Under the pieces are notes generated by a model, which did not search any database, was not told where the DNA came from, and was given only the letters and a program-made list of their open reading frames with translations. Position numbers and translations under genes: made by a program. This document shows positions 1 to 12,249 of a stretch of 64,000 bases of DNA, piece by piece. Source of the stretch: Raillietiella orientalis (Eukaryota); assembly GCA_036172245.1 (NCBI GenBank), contig JAYWIR010000009.1:3038001-3102000 (forward strand). Direction: 5' to 3'. How positions within the stretch are numbered: position 1 is the first letter of the stretch; the number at the start of each line of letters is the position of its first letter.

Positions 1-261
1 CTTCCCGGCGACCGCGGCCCGTGCGCATCGCTCGGAAGAAACGCGCGCTTATCTGCGGGTCCATTGCCGAGCCAGCTTGATCTTCTTCTGTACCTTCTTT
101 GTTTTGAGTCAGCGTGCTGATCCCTTACGAAACATCCGCTGATACTTTTCATGTAGTGCCGTATGTAAATATGCAAAGTGCCGGCTCCCGTTGGTGGGTC
201 TGCACCGTTCCTTCGAATCTTCCTGAGGTCAGAGAGGGGAAGTGAAGTTCCAGAGGGACCT

Positions 262-299
<38 letters not shown>

Positions 300-426
300 A
301 CGTTACGGGCTGCTCGTGATATGTACGCGTTGATAATGTGCAAGTGGGTGAGGGCTTGTTTGGCTGGTTGTGTTGTGCGCGCGTCGCTGTACACCCCCAA
401 GCGCGTACGGAGCGGTTCGCATCTGT

Positions 427-1954
427 ATGAGTTGCGAAGATGAACTGCCGATGTACCTGGAAGCCATGAGAGGAGCCGTCGTAAGTGGCTCCAGCTGTTG
501 TGTGTGTGTCGACCGTGTTGCCAGGTGAGTTTTTCGCGTGTGTGTGTGTGTGTGTGTGTGTGTTTTTCCTTCCTTCATCGGAGGCGCTTTACACCTAACG
601 CCCGTTCGGACAGCGGACAGTCCTGCGAGTGCCGTTGCAGACTTGGCCGCAAATAGGCCGAGTGAAATCGAGTAGGTGCGCGTGCACGGAGAGTTTGTGC
701 ACGAAAATTTAGCTCTCGGCACTCGTGTATTCGGAGGCTGTATTCTCTGTACCGCGTTGTTCCAGATTGCAGCTCAAGCTGCGAGTTGGGAAGATAAAGG
801 GAACCCAAGTTTTTTTTTTTTTTTTTCCCCCCCCCCCCCCCCTACGACGTCGAGGCGCTCGGACTTTTCGTGTTCCAATGGAAAAAAAGAATGGCTTCCC
901 GGGCTTTTTGTTTTCCCCCGTAACGGCTGCTTGCGTCTCCGGGTATCGCACCGGAGCGTGTCCCAGGGAAACGTGGCTTTCGTGCTCCCCCCCTCCCCCG
1001 CATCTCGGGTATCCTGAGCGACACTTTCCGATCCTGACAGCGTTGCTTCTTCCGCGTTTTCCCGGCATGCCGTTTCCGTTGTGAATCCTCCTCTTTCCCA
1101 AGCGAGATACAAAAGGCATCTCATATTGACGGATTCTTTTCAAACAGGTATGTCTGATGGATCGTCATTACATTGGAATTCACTGGAAGTCTGGAGAGAT
1201 GCCAAAGCAGCACATGCCCCTGCAGAATTCACAGGAAGAGAAGGATTTCGTGATTGACATGCTGCAGTCTGAGCTCGAAAAGCAGGTGTGTGGAAAATTT
1301 CGCCGGTTTCGTGATCGCGGCCATTCTCTGCGGGTGTTGCGCTTCCGTATCGAAGCGCAGTGCACGGAGAGTGTTCGCGAAGGTCGCTGCTGTGGGCAGT
1401 TTATCCTTCCGGGATTTTCGCCGAGGAGTGCCTTCGGTTCGCGAGCGGTCAGTGGTGAACTCGTGGTGCCCCCGTAACATCTGAACTCTCGATGGTCATG
1501 CTGAAAACGATTGCCATCACGTAAATAGCGTCGCCTTTCCTACTCCCGAATTACTATTATTACTATTATGGCCCCCCTCCCCCTCTCATCGCGCAGCGCA
1601 ACGCGGATCTTTCATCACCTCGCAGTTGTAAGGAAAACCGTCGGCTCTTTGGCGAGGGTGCAGTCTCCCGCGGGCTTCGATGCTTATCTTCTTCCGAGCT
1701 GGCGACTGACGTTACGAAATTGCCGGAAATCAGGGAACGGAAAGGGAATTTCGTGAAATCGCAGGGACTCGCCCGTTTGCTGAATGCGATTTCACGCCGT
1801 CGTCGTAAATCCATCGAGACCGTGTGGTTGGTGGTGGACGGTCTGCTCGACGAATCGAACCCACCGTCGAGCGATTGCTTGCTCTCCACGAAAACGTCTT
1901 CCTCGAGAGTGCCACCACGGCAGGAGCGCGTCCCCGGCGAGCGACATCGGAAAA

Positions 1955-2012
<58 letters not shown>

Positions 2013-5000
2013 CGTCGGGAATCAAAGAACAGGAAGTGATGTTCAAAGTGTTGCAAGCTGAATAATGGGTGGTGCGAGCCATTAGAGTCGCGCAAGATGC
2101 CAAGTTCCCCACGTCTTAACATGCCGGATGGATTACCGAAGAAGTTCAAAGTACCACTGTCGTTTCTGCCACGATAAACATCTCGGAATCTTGCCACAAG
2201 AAAAATACGAGCAAAAACTCCACCTCTTACGCGGGGGGGGGGGGGGGGTAGAATCGACGAACGTCAACATATAAACGACTGACACCACCTATCTGTGAGA
2301 CGAACACTTCATTCCGAAGTCCGTTGCTCTCCGAGGACGTGCGCGCGCTGCCGAATCGGTCGAAGAACCGACGTTTTTTAATCCAAAAATACGTGTGAGG
2401 GGGGAGGGAGGAGGGGAGCCGCGGAGGTGAATTAAATCGGGGGGAGGGGAGGGGATGCACTATTGCGACCCACAGCAAAGAGCACGCTGGTGCGGTCCTT
2501 CACGATTATGGCCACCGCATAGCGGGTCGCCGAGACTTTGTCTTCCGCATTCGTCCCGGAAGTTACGACGACCCTGAGATTTGGGTGATGCTGGATGTTC
2601 GAACATCTTTTGCGCGACCCTTCGTCTGTGAGCTGGCCCGAACGCTTGCAGCTCCCGCGCCAGAGGTGGTGGAGCGCTCATGGTCTTCCCCACGCGACGA
2701 TCGAGAAGGGAAATGTGGTCCCCCATCTCGGTCCCTCGACAGCTTTCGTCCCCAGCGATGATGAATGGGGTGATCGTGAGGACATTTCTGCTGCAACTTC
2801 TGCACTTCATGCTCCACGGAGACCACGGGAGTTTCTTCTGAATGAATGGATCTGATGTGTGTCTTCGGGATCGTTGGGGGAGGGGGGGGGGGATCGTGAG
2901 AAAAGGCGTGTTGCACTAAGAAACAAAAGAAAATGCCGTCGGCAAGAAGCGAGCTGGTCCGGAACTTCCTAAGTGCGCTCTGGATGATCCCGTCTTACTC
3001 CTTTTTGAATTTCAGCAGCGTAAATCATGTCACGTGTTGATTTCCAACTGCATAAATGGGTCCAGACTTTCGGCACTTCGTTTTCAACCCTCCTTTTTCC
3101 TACCTCCGTGCCGATGTATCTACTCGGCCCCATGGAACGGGAACTGGGGCCTGCCGATCTGCACTTTTCGATCCGCACGGCTTCGCCCGATGCCACCCGC
3201 GACGCCCGACGCGCGTGGCTTCGGGCGTCGCGGGTTCGAATCCCCGCCCGGGAAGGATCGACGCCGGGAAACGGGGGCTGCGTCGCGGGTTTCGAGTCTT
3301 TTCCGCAGGACGACGCTGGTCGGCTCCTTCGGGTCCGGAACTGGTGGAAATCCCGTTGCTCCCGTTGACTGGCCGGGATTGGAAGCTGACCCTCCAGTTG
3401 GGAAAATGGAACCACACCATGGACCAGTTGATACACCAGTCGGGGATTTGTCTGTCCAGGGTGTCAGGAGCCTGTTGCTCTCTTCGGGGAGCACCCTCCA
3501 GAGAAATCGGGAAGCAACCCTTCGAGGTTCTCTTCAGAGGAGGAGGAAACCAGGAGCGGATCCTTTCCGGGTTCTCTTCTGAGAAGTCAAGAGTGCCTCT
3601 CCTCCCAAACTGGGAGGTCCCTCCGGAGAGAATAAGGAAGAGGAAGAGGTGGTTCCCTCCAGGGTCACCCCTCATAACTTGGAGAGTTCCGTGCACCCTC
3701 GGGGGGCGTGGACGGTGCTTCAAGAGCTTCGTGGTCCCCCCGTAAGGAGACGGGCGGTTCCTCAGCACTTGGCATAGTGAAAGCGACTCGCGGATCCGTT
3801 GCCCACCACGTTCGTCTACAAGCGGACCGAATGGTCTGTGTAGGACTTGCCCCTAACGTTATGGCTGAAGGGCTTGCATGCGCATCAGCACACGCTAACC
3901 CTTTGAATCGCGTAACCACGCCGTGTGCACCGGACAGAGCGCTGTGAACAGAAAGCGGGCTGCGAGCTCTCTCGTGCGAGATGAGCGGGTCGCTGGCGTT
4001 GCAGCTTCCGCTTCCCAAAGTGTGCAACTGGCTCTCGACTCGTTGCCTATTTTGGAAATGATCCACCGGGTTGATGAGCGCTGTGGGTTTGCCTTTGCAC
4101 TGCGTGGGGGTTGAGCGAAATTGGGCCGGGTCTCTGTGCGCCGTGAGTGTTGCTTTCTCACCCGATTTGTTGCAGCATCAGGATCGCCTGCTCGAAGCCA
4201 AAGAGATAGAGGAGAAGGCAGCAAAGATCAAAGAATGGGTCATGCATAAACTGAAAGAGGTAATTCCGCTCATCTCGCTGTTGGCCTGAGCACTCGAAAA
4301 AGGTGCGCAGGCGATGCTAGGAGAGGCCGAACCCATATTAGATCCAGTCCCTAAAGATTCATTGCCCTAAAGCTCCTTGCCAAGCTCTTTAATTGGCAAC
4401 CTTTTGATCCGCTTTTCGTCTCCCGTCAGAGGGCGCCCGCATCTTCGCGAAGATGGCGAAAGTTGGGTTCGGCACCCTCCTACACCTAGGCCCCAGCCAT
4501 GCTGTTGGTAATCTTCCCCGTTTTCCCAGCTAGAGGACCAGAACCACCAGCTGCGCTTGCAGCTGAAGGTGCAGGACGAAAAGTATTCAGACCAGATCGA
4601 GATGATGAAGAACAAAATCCTGGAGATGTCCCTCATCGCGCACCCCATGAGGCACACGCACCAAAGGAGCTTGTCTGAGGTAACTGCTGACCCACGTCGG
4701 ATTCTAAGCTGAAAGAGGCTCGGGGAAGGAATGCGAGAAAACCGGAAGTTTCTCTGCGCCTTCATCTTCCCGAAGGCTAGGGTGCAGGGAAGCTCCTCAG
4801 GGCTGAAAGTGGGGTTTGTCTTTTCTCCCGCGTGCGCTCGCGCTTCCACGCGTTTGTGAAACCCACGTTTGCTAGGACATACAGAGGCAGTCGTTCCTCG
4901 TCGAACCCCCGGAAGAGAACACTCACGTGCCTGCACCACGGCAGATCACTGACGAGTTTGGCTTTGTCGTTCCCGGCAAGAATTCCGATCTCAGGGCCGG

Positions 5001-6509
5001 CGCGCCGCAAAGAGGTCGCAACGAAAGCGACCTGACGACTGTGGAGCACCAGACAACGACGTCGTTCCTGAGTGACTTCGAGGACCAGTACTTGTGCTCG
5101 TACGATTTGAGCCTCACTCCCAGAACCGGCTCGGTTTCCCTGGAAACTCCCATAAGCCCCCGATCTTTGTCCCCTTCTTCGGTATCTTTGTCAGTGGGCG
5201 AAGACTGTTCCGTGTACAAAACCAGTTACCCAACTCTAATCAACGTCAAAGACCGGCAGAAGCCACTGAGCGTCCAAGAGCTTCTTGACTCCACCTCAAG
5301 CAGCAGCGGTGACCAGATGCGAGTGCTGGCCCTTGACCTCAAGAAACCCCTGCAGCCTCGCATCCAAGACGAACTGCACGACTACTCCGAAATCTACACT
5401 CCGAGCAACGAGATCGAGGCCCTATCCTGGAAGAGGATCTCCCACGGTTGCCACAGCGATGCCGAGATAACCGAGAGCAAACCCCCCACCCCGCCTTTGC
5501 ACCGCTTCCCTTCCTGGGAGGACAGAATCTACCGCGTGGCGTCCCAGGACGGGTTGATCTTGTCCGAGGCGGAGTCCTCGCGTGCGTCTGCGGAGGTGAA
5601 CGCAGCGAAAGTCAAGCGCCGAAGAAGCGACGGCGGTTACATAAAATGCGACATCCCAGTATATTCTTTTGTCAAAGGGGTAAGGAACCCGAAGCCCTCG
5701 AACAAAAACTAACCTGACCCGAAGAGAGCATCTCAGATACGTTCCATTCCTTTCACCGGGGACTCCTCGGATTCATCGGACGCAGACGACGACGCTGCCA
5801 ACGAAGCCAGGAACAGTTCCCTGTCTCCCTTGAAGCTCCAGAAGCACTCGCTGGTGGGCAACAGCTCCCAGTCCTATTCTGGTCAGTATGCGATGATCCG
5901 AGGTGCGCTCCTAGAACGGTCGTGTGCTCGGGAAAGATGCGGGCAGCGAGCTGAAGGGCGACTACTTGTCGCCGCCGGACTCCTCCCTGCCTTCGAGCAG
6001 GCTGGGCACCCTGGACAACCCCCGCAAGGCGGCGAGCCGCAGGGAGAAGGCCGGGTACCTCAACAAGCTCGGCGGAAAGCTAAAAACCTGGAAGAAGCGC
6101 TACTTCGTCCTGCAGGAAGATACCCTGAGTTACTGGAAGTCGCAGCATGACGTCAGCAGCAAAAAACCCCAGGGGTGCATCGTGCTGGACGGAGCAGTGA
6201 GGGTGGCTCGCACCGACGGAGCCAGCACTTTCGAAATCAACACCGGCCAGCGCACGTATTACCTGACATCCGACAGCCCGGTCGTCCTGGACGACTGGGT
6301 CCACATGCTCCAGAACATTCAGCAGGAAAACGCGGCCCGTCAGCTGGTTCGCAACGAAACCAACCGCTCGTCGATTGAGGGATGGTTGACCAAAGTGAGG
6401 AATGGTCACGCCAAGCGCTGTTGGTGCGCCGTTATCAGCAAGATGTTCCTGTACTTCAAAAACCCTGGAGATCTGGTGGGTGTTTCAATCCGATCCACCT
6501 CCTTCGTCA

Positions 6510-6546
<37 letters not shown>

Positions 6547-9017
6547 CTGCTGTTGCAGACCCCTCTGGGACAGATTGATTTACGTGGCGCACGAGTTGTT
6601 GAGGTGCAGCAGACATCCGAAAGTGGAGACGACACAGACACGGAAGAAATGACAATAGAAATCCGACCTCCTCACCAGCGCCCCACGTATCTTTTATTGC
6701 CTACGAAACAGGAAAAGGATTTATGGTTATACCATCTTACTGTTGTGTCGGGGGGAGGACCGAATCCAGGAACGAATTACGAGCAACTAGTCCAAAAACT
6801 CATGGAAGTTGATGGCGACAGCACGTCCGAAGTGTGGCGCCATCCACTGTTGGTTTTTAGCAAGGATACTGTGGGCCTTCCCCTAACCACCATGCCGAAC
6901 GAAAGCCTTCAGGCCGAAGCGATTAAGCTGTTCAAAGTAAGTTCATAGGTCATGCTGGATGGTTTTTCATAATGGTCCCTAGTCTGTATTGCTGTTTACC
7001 ACCGTAGTTGTGGATTCAGCAGGCATTGATTACCACGTGGTCCTGGCCCAGAATGCATTGGCCCGTTGTTTGGAACTGGTGGAGCTGCAGCCGGAGCTGT
7101 TGTGCATCCTGATAAAACAGACTACGCCATCTCGCCAGCAGATGCAGCAGCAGCCAGTGACGCGTCGCAGCAAGCACAGTCGTTTCCAGTCGTTCTTCTT
7201 TGACGTGAACAATCGTCCCATAATAAACTCGTCCATCTCCCGAGCTTCCTCCTCTGTGTTCATACAAGGGTGGCAGCTGTTGTCCCTGGCCGTGTCTCTC
7301 TTCGTCCCACGCAGCAGTCGCGTCTTGTGGCACTTGCACAACCACCTGCATCGCCACTCGGACCCGAAGTGCGAGCTGGGAAGGTACGCCATTTACTGCC
7401 GCCGTGCCCTGGAGCGCGCCTGCAGCAACGGTGGTCGAGAGGCGAAGCCCTCGCGCATGGAAGTCCTGTCGATCCTCCTGAAGAATCCCTACCACCACTC
7501 CTTGCCCCACGCGATGCCCATCCACTTCCCCACGGACTCCTACCAGGTGTTCGGCTTTGACGGTTCCACCACTGTGGAAGAGCTGCTGGCGACAGTCAAT
7601 TCTGAAATAGGCGCACGACGCGGGCACCTGTCGGGCTTCGCTCTGTACAGCGACGACCCCATCGACAAGAACATGGAGCACTACCTGCTCCCGGAGGACA
7701 AAGTGAGCACAACTCGTTGTTGTTGTTGTTGTTTGGGGGATTGCCGTGAGATGGAACCATCTATGACCCCTGCTGCGCCAACGATTTCAAAACCAATGAT
7801 TTGCAGGTCTGCGACTTGATCTCGAAGTGGGAGACGGTCCTGCGGGAGAGGAGCCTCGGGAAGTTCGAAAACACCAAAGTCATCAAGCTCTTCTACAAGA
7901 ACAGGATGTTCTGGAGGTCGCTGCCTCCCGCGGACAGCGAGAAGGAACGCCTGTTCCTGTGCTACCAGACGAACCAGCAGATTCTGGAAAGCCGTTTCCC
8001 CTGCAGCCGCGACCTCGCCTTGGAGCTGTGCGCTCTCATGACCCAGGTCAGTCGAGCTCCCCCCCCCTCCCCGCACGCGCGCGTGCGGTGCGGTGCGGTG
8101 CTCGCGGAACGCGCCGTCTTTTCTCCACCCGCAGATCGACCTGGGAGATTACAACCCGGAGAAGGTCGGCAGCGCGTCGGGCAAGGTGTCCGTCGACGAG
8201 GTCCTCCGGCGCTTCTACCCGGCGCGGTACAGACGCAGCATGTCCCAGGAGGAACTAGAGTACGTACTTTTCGAAACGAAGGGGAGGGGGAGGGAAAGAA
8301 GCAACCGCACTGTGTTGTCGCCTTTCTTCCAGAATATTAGGGCGGCAAATCATTTCCAAGTGGTCAGAAGTGTCCGGTAAGAGTGTTCATGACTGTGTGC
8401 GTACTTACTTGACTTGTACCAGAAAGTGGCCCTTTTTCGGTTACAAACTTTATGACGCCAAAGTGAGTACCTGGGACCTTCTTCCTTAGGGGGCGCTCCG
8501 CTGTCTTCCTCCCAGATCAAACAAGACGGGACGTCGGTTTGGCTAGCGATTGGGGACGAAGGCATCGTCATACTGAGCCGCTCTGGCATGCAGCCGCTCA
8601 TAAGATACTCGTACTCTCAGGTAGTCACGTTCGGCGGTTGCCAGGACGATTTCATGATGGTGGTCGCCGGGGCGGAAGGCACCCAGAAACTGCTGTTCTC
8701 CCTGAACAAAGCGAAGGTACAGGGAAGGGCCGTACCGGCCGGGGGCGCTTTTGAGCCTTTGCTGCCCCTTTCAGATACTCGACTTGACTTTGCTCGTCGC
8801 GGACTACATCAACACCAACACGCGCCTGGTGGGCATGGAGTGCAATTCCCTCGCCACTCACATGGGCAAGCTGGTGCGGCACCATTCCTTGCGCTCTGCC
8901 TACACCTCGCACGGGACCTGGAGCTCGAACATGAAGACCATCGGTCCAGAACCGGATTTGCTTCGCCTGGTCCACCACCTCGAGAGGAGGCGAAACAGCA
9001 TGGAGTCCGGAACCTGA
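427..9017 (+). CDS. PLEKHH1: PLEKHH/MAX-1-like protein (N-terminal coiled coil, tandem PH, MyTH4, FERM), multi-exon
   Basis: Phase-consistent GT-AG exons: 1148(or 1226)-1285, 4176-4259, 4530-4679, optional 4776-4808, 4876-5679, 5725-5881, 5937-6475, 6559-6936, 6983-7702, 7807-8046, 8135-8259, 8333-8462, 8516-8716, 8775-9017 (TGA). Tentative 5' exons 427-524 and 766-808. Family motifs: EEKAAKIKEWV, KPPTPPLHRFPSWEDRIY, KG|RASQIRSIPFTGDSSDSSD, PH EKAGYLNKLGGKLKTWKKRYFVL, MyTH4 NGGREAKPSRMEVLSILLKNPYHHSLP, FERM RKWPFFG and YSQVVTFGGCQDDFM. The 5' end is uncertain and PLEKHH1 versus PLEKHH2 orthology cannot be resolved. Confidence 0.92.
1760..2200 (+). mobile_element. Possible Tc1-like transposase C-terminal relic in the long PLEKHH intron, interrupted by poly-A/(CA)n
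   Basis: KSIETVWLVVDGLLDESNPPSSDCL resembles the Tc1 NPIENxW..LK..L...P motif; LQAE*W and LNMPD downstream resemble the L.EEW..I...SMP tail. Heavily degraded; boundaries approximate. Confidence 0.3.
1952..2010. repeat. poly-A run followed by (AC)n microsatellite
   Basis: About 20 A then about 20 AC units, read directly. Confidence 0.95.
2500..2830 (-). mobile_element. Possible internally deleted mariner transposase relic
   Basis: ORF 2460..2810(-) has FIIAGDESC (cf. mariner IVTGDExW) and FEHPASPKSQGRRNF...QSLG (cf. HPPYSPDLAPSDF...L.G), spaced more closely than in an intact transposase. Confidence 0.35.
3060..3775 (+). repeat. Dispersed repeat copy A (likely ORF1-like part of an L1/Tx1-type retroelement)
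   Basis: Shares blocks with the reverse complements of ~12965-13620 and ~23830-24480: tcgcgggttcgaatccc (all three), ctggccgggattggaagctgaccc (A and C), the REIGK/TxPF.VL.RGG block (all three), cagcacttggca (A and B). Confidence 0.75.
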
Positions 9018-9999
9018 CGCGGCATTCGCTGTTCTTTCAGTAGTCACATGTGCATTACGTATGCGTTCATATGTTGTCCACATTGATTTGTGTGTGTGAA
9101 TTGGCAAGCATTATATGTGTTCACATTCTGCTGAATTAAGAGTCGTCATGCGAAAGGGAACACCGCCCTCCCCATTCAGGAGGGGTGGGGTGAATGGGGT
9201 GGGGTGTGCGCATGCGCGTCTCTGCTTCGTGGTGCGGTGGGAAATTCCTTCGTCCAGGCCCTTGCGGTTGGTTCGCCCGCACACGGCGGGCGACGTTTCG
9301 GTCCGGCTGCCCGTGGCCTGCGCGAGCGATGGGACTCCCGGAAGCGCTGCGCAAAGGGACCGAGCGGCCCGGCGAATGGAAGCGGCCACGGGAGCCAGTT
9401 GGGAAGCGCAGGGGAACACTCCCGAAACCGCTCTCTTTGAAGTCAAAACCTTCACGTGAATAAAAGAGAGAAGGAAGGGAAAGGTCAAAACCCCTTCGGG
9501 CATCGTGGGAGCTAAAAGCTGCCCGACGCGGTTGGGGCCGTGACGTGTCCGGAGCAGAGAATGCGAGCACGTAAGCGGACGCCATCGCATCGTGTCGGGA
9601 CACGCAGTAGGCAGTGGCTGTGACCTAGAGAGAATAGGCAGGCGTCTAGTTACCCCTCGGGAGTTTGCGCGATGCTTTGAACTGCAGCGCTTTCCCTAGT
9701 CAAACTTTGAAGAAGTGCGTCTACTTCATGAGTGGGTCCAGGATTTAAACGTGGGTTAAGGTGATCTAGGTGATGAGTGGCGTGGAGGAAAATGCGAGTG
9801 GTCCAGCCCGTGGATGCACATTTCGAGGCGATGCACGCAGCGAGTTTTGGATTAGGTTGCCAAAGAACTGAATGGCTCTGCCGCATCCCACTATCTTTGG
9901 CGCAAAGACGGTTCGATTTTCAGGGTTCGATGAGATACTCCCTTCCTTTGCAGCTGCTCTCATTTTTCGCAGATTAACTGCGTCGTCTGGAGGACGTCC

Positions 10000-11310
10000 T
10001 AGGCGGCGAGTCCAGTAAATATCTCTCTGCTGCTGTGCTGGGTGCGTGAGGTCAGCATCTAGTGCCTCATTGTGTACGCATACCATTTCTTGATGCGTAA
10101 ATCCCGGATCACTCCATCGTTATGGGGGTGCCACCACCCTAGTGCGCCTATGATGAATGCTTCATTCCGAAGTGCTTTTTTTCTTGAGCAGCAAGGCGAT
10201 CTCCTGGTACTTTTCTTCCTTTTCCTCTCTGATGAGGCTGCAGAAGGCAGATAACATGGTGGTTATCCTTAAAGGTTCCGGTCCATTCGACAACACAGAA
10301 GGGGTGTTCGACCTCATCAGAGAGGAAAAAGAAGGAAAGTGTCCCATGGATGGACAAGAAGTCAGCAAAGCCAAGAAGATACTCTCCAGTTGTTGAAAAA
10401 ATAGCTGGATGAACGATGAAGCCCAGTGCATGGCATGGCCTTCCTTTGATTTGGATGTTCGCCGGTCATTTCCAGCCATGCGCGTTCTTTCTGTGCGTTG
10501 CGCGTCGCCGCGGTGAACTTCCTCCTCGTTGCTGCATCGAACGACAGCTCTCCAGCTTGAATCCTGGTCTCTCCATCTTCAGAGCTCCAATTTGCGGACG
10601 TGCGATGGGAGGCTTGTTTTCCCGTGGTCCAATTGCTCTTTACGGAGAATTTTTCCCTGCTGCGTCGCCAGAGAGGAATCTTCCAAGTCCCCATGCGAAG
10701 GTGATTGCAGTATCTTCTCAAGTGCCACCTCTCGGAGTGACTGCCTGGCGAGATCCCTGACGGCGACATCGGAGGATGTGAGGATCTTGAAACAACTACA
10801 GGTGATGAAGGTGTCTGCTCCATCTGGCAGAGGCGTTATCAGGCCGAGGCACCCCTTCTTCCGATCCCCTTAGAGATGCTGGTTGGCAGCTCCCGCAGCC
10901 TTAGATGCAACACAGCCTTCACCATCCTTTTAATCTCCCCGTCCACGAACTCCCAATCACCTTTTGCATGCGTTCCTAGCCTCTGGAAACGCACGAGGGC
11001 TAGAAGGAAAAAAAGGAATGTTTCCTCAGCATCCGATTTCTGCCAGGCAGAAGGTCCAGATGTCAGGGGAATTTCGGCTTTGCGCAGCGTGTCCTCCTTC
11101 AACGGAACATTATCGAAGACTTCAATTCCAAACGGCTTTCCCAAGTATCTGTGCACATCAGATACCAAGATGTTTGGAATTGATCCGTTACCAACCTCCA
11201 GACGGATATCTCTTAATCCGCGAGGAGCCTTCCCGGAGTGAAATAGACCGGAGCATTTGGAAGGACCAGTGGATATGCCGGAACGAGACGCCAGATCTTC
11301 AGAATGACGT
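10000..11310 (-). mobile_element. Decayed RLE-type non-LTR retrotransposon (NeSL/Utopia-like): RT thumb through endonuclease
   Basis: Minus-strand frames give RYLGKPFG...SAWQKSDAEETF...KGDWEFVDGEIKRMVKAVLHL, then CFKILTSSDVAVRDLA, HPNQRKAMPCTGLHRSSSYFF, LIREEKEEKYQEIA and AFIIGALGWWHPHNDGVIRDLRIKKWYAYTMRH*ML...SREIF, in the order expected for this clade, with frameshifts and stops. Confidence 0.75.
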
Positions 11311-11319
11311 TGGCTGAGA

Positions 11320-12230
11320 CTTGGGGTCAAGAGTTGATGTGACCAGGTCGTCAGAGTGCACCGAGATTTTCTTCTTCTCCAGCTGAATGTACGTGGAGTT
11401 GGCATACATACGCACACACCGATCAAGGGAGGGTCATGCGCTGCGTCGGGCTCCATCGCAGCCTCAGAGACCGCTTGAGGCTTTCAGACGATCAGCACTC
11501 AATCTTCTCTCAATACGTGGGGAGGTGGCGGCAAAGACCGATTACGGACAGCGCGCGTCCGAGTCTCGGGCAACTCTGCCTCGTATTCTTAACCACTGCT
11601 CAACCACTGGTACGCCAGGCACGAACGTAACTGTATGCAAGAATCCACAGCGTCACTACCAACGCCACCGCAGGATGGAAGGCAGTCACTGAGGACGAGC
11701 GTGTGACCGGAGCAGAATCCAATCCGGACCTTGTGATCCAGAAGGACGACCTGAGAACCGTGAGGAACGATGAGGCAGCGTTCAGTCAAGTCACACGGGA
11801 AAAGAAACCCAAGCGTGAAGATGCCGCCCAACAGGTGATCAGAAGTGGACTGTCTACCGAGGTCCAAGGCCCACTACTTGTGGTCTCACTCGGTGGCTGG
11901 GACCCGATAAATGATGGTGTTCTGCGCGAGTTGGGAATCCCAGCGCAGAGCATCGAAAAGATGAGGCGGCGTCATCTTTCGGTAGAGTCGCGACGTCGAC
12001 CCAAACACCCGGTCAGATGATGCGGATCATCCCACGGAAGCTGTGGCCGAAATGGAATCGGAAGAACAATATCCAGGACGCGCCAAGGGACGTTCACGAG
12101 AAGACAATCGTCGAACAAGAAATCCCAAGCCACAGAAAGGAGGATTTCGCAGAGCCATCTTTGCTATTTGTGCCGTTTATACTACGACAGTACAAACAGC
12201 GCACGTTTTCTTGAATACATATCTTTCGGT
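11320..12230 (+). mobile_element. Second decayed NeSL/Utopia-like 3' fragment (CCHC region, RLE endonuclease, 3' UTR)
   Basis: HTDQGRVMRCVGLHRS, ALNLLSIRG...ATLPRILNHC, NPDLVIQK...AAFSQVTREKKPK...VVSLGGWDPINDGVLRELGI...MRR. Confidence 0.75.
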
Positions 12231-12249
12231 TTCATTTCTCTGTTCAGCT

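Noticed and set aside
7016..7681. 221-aa antisense ORF over the PLEKHH MyTH4 exon
   Set aside because: Typical antisense shadow of GC3-rich codon usage.
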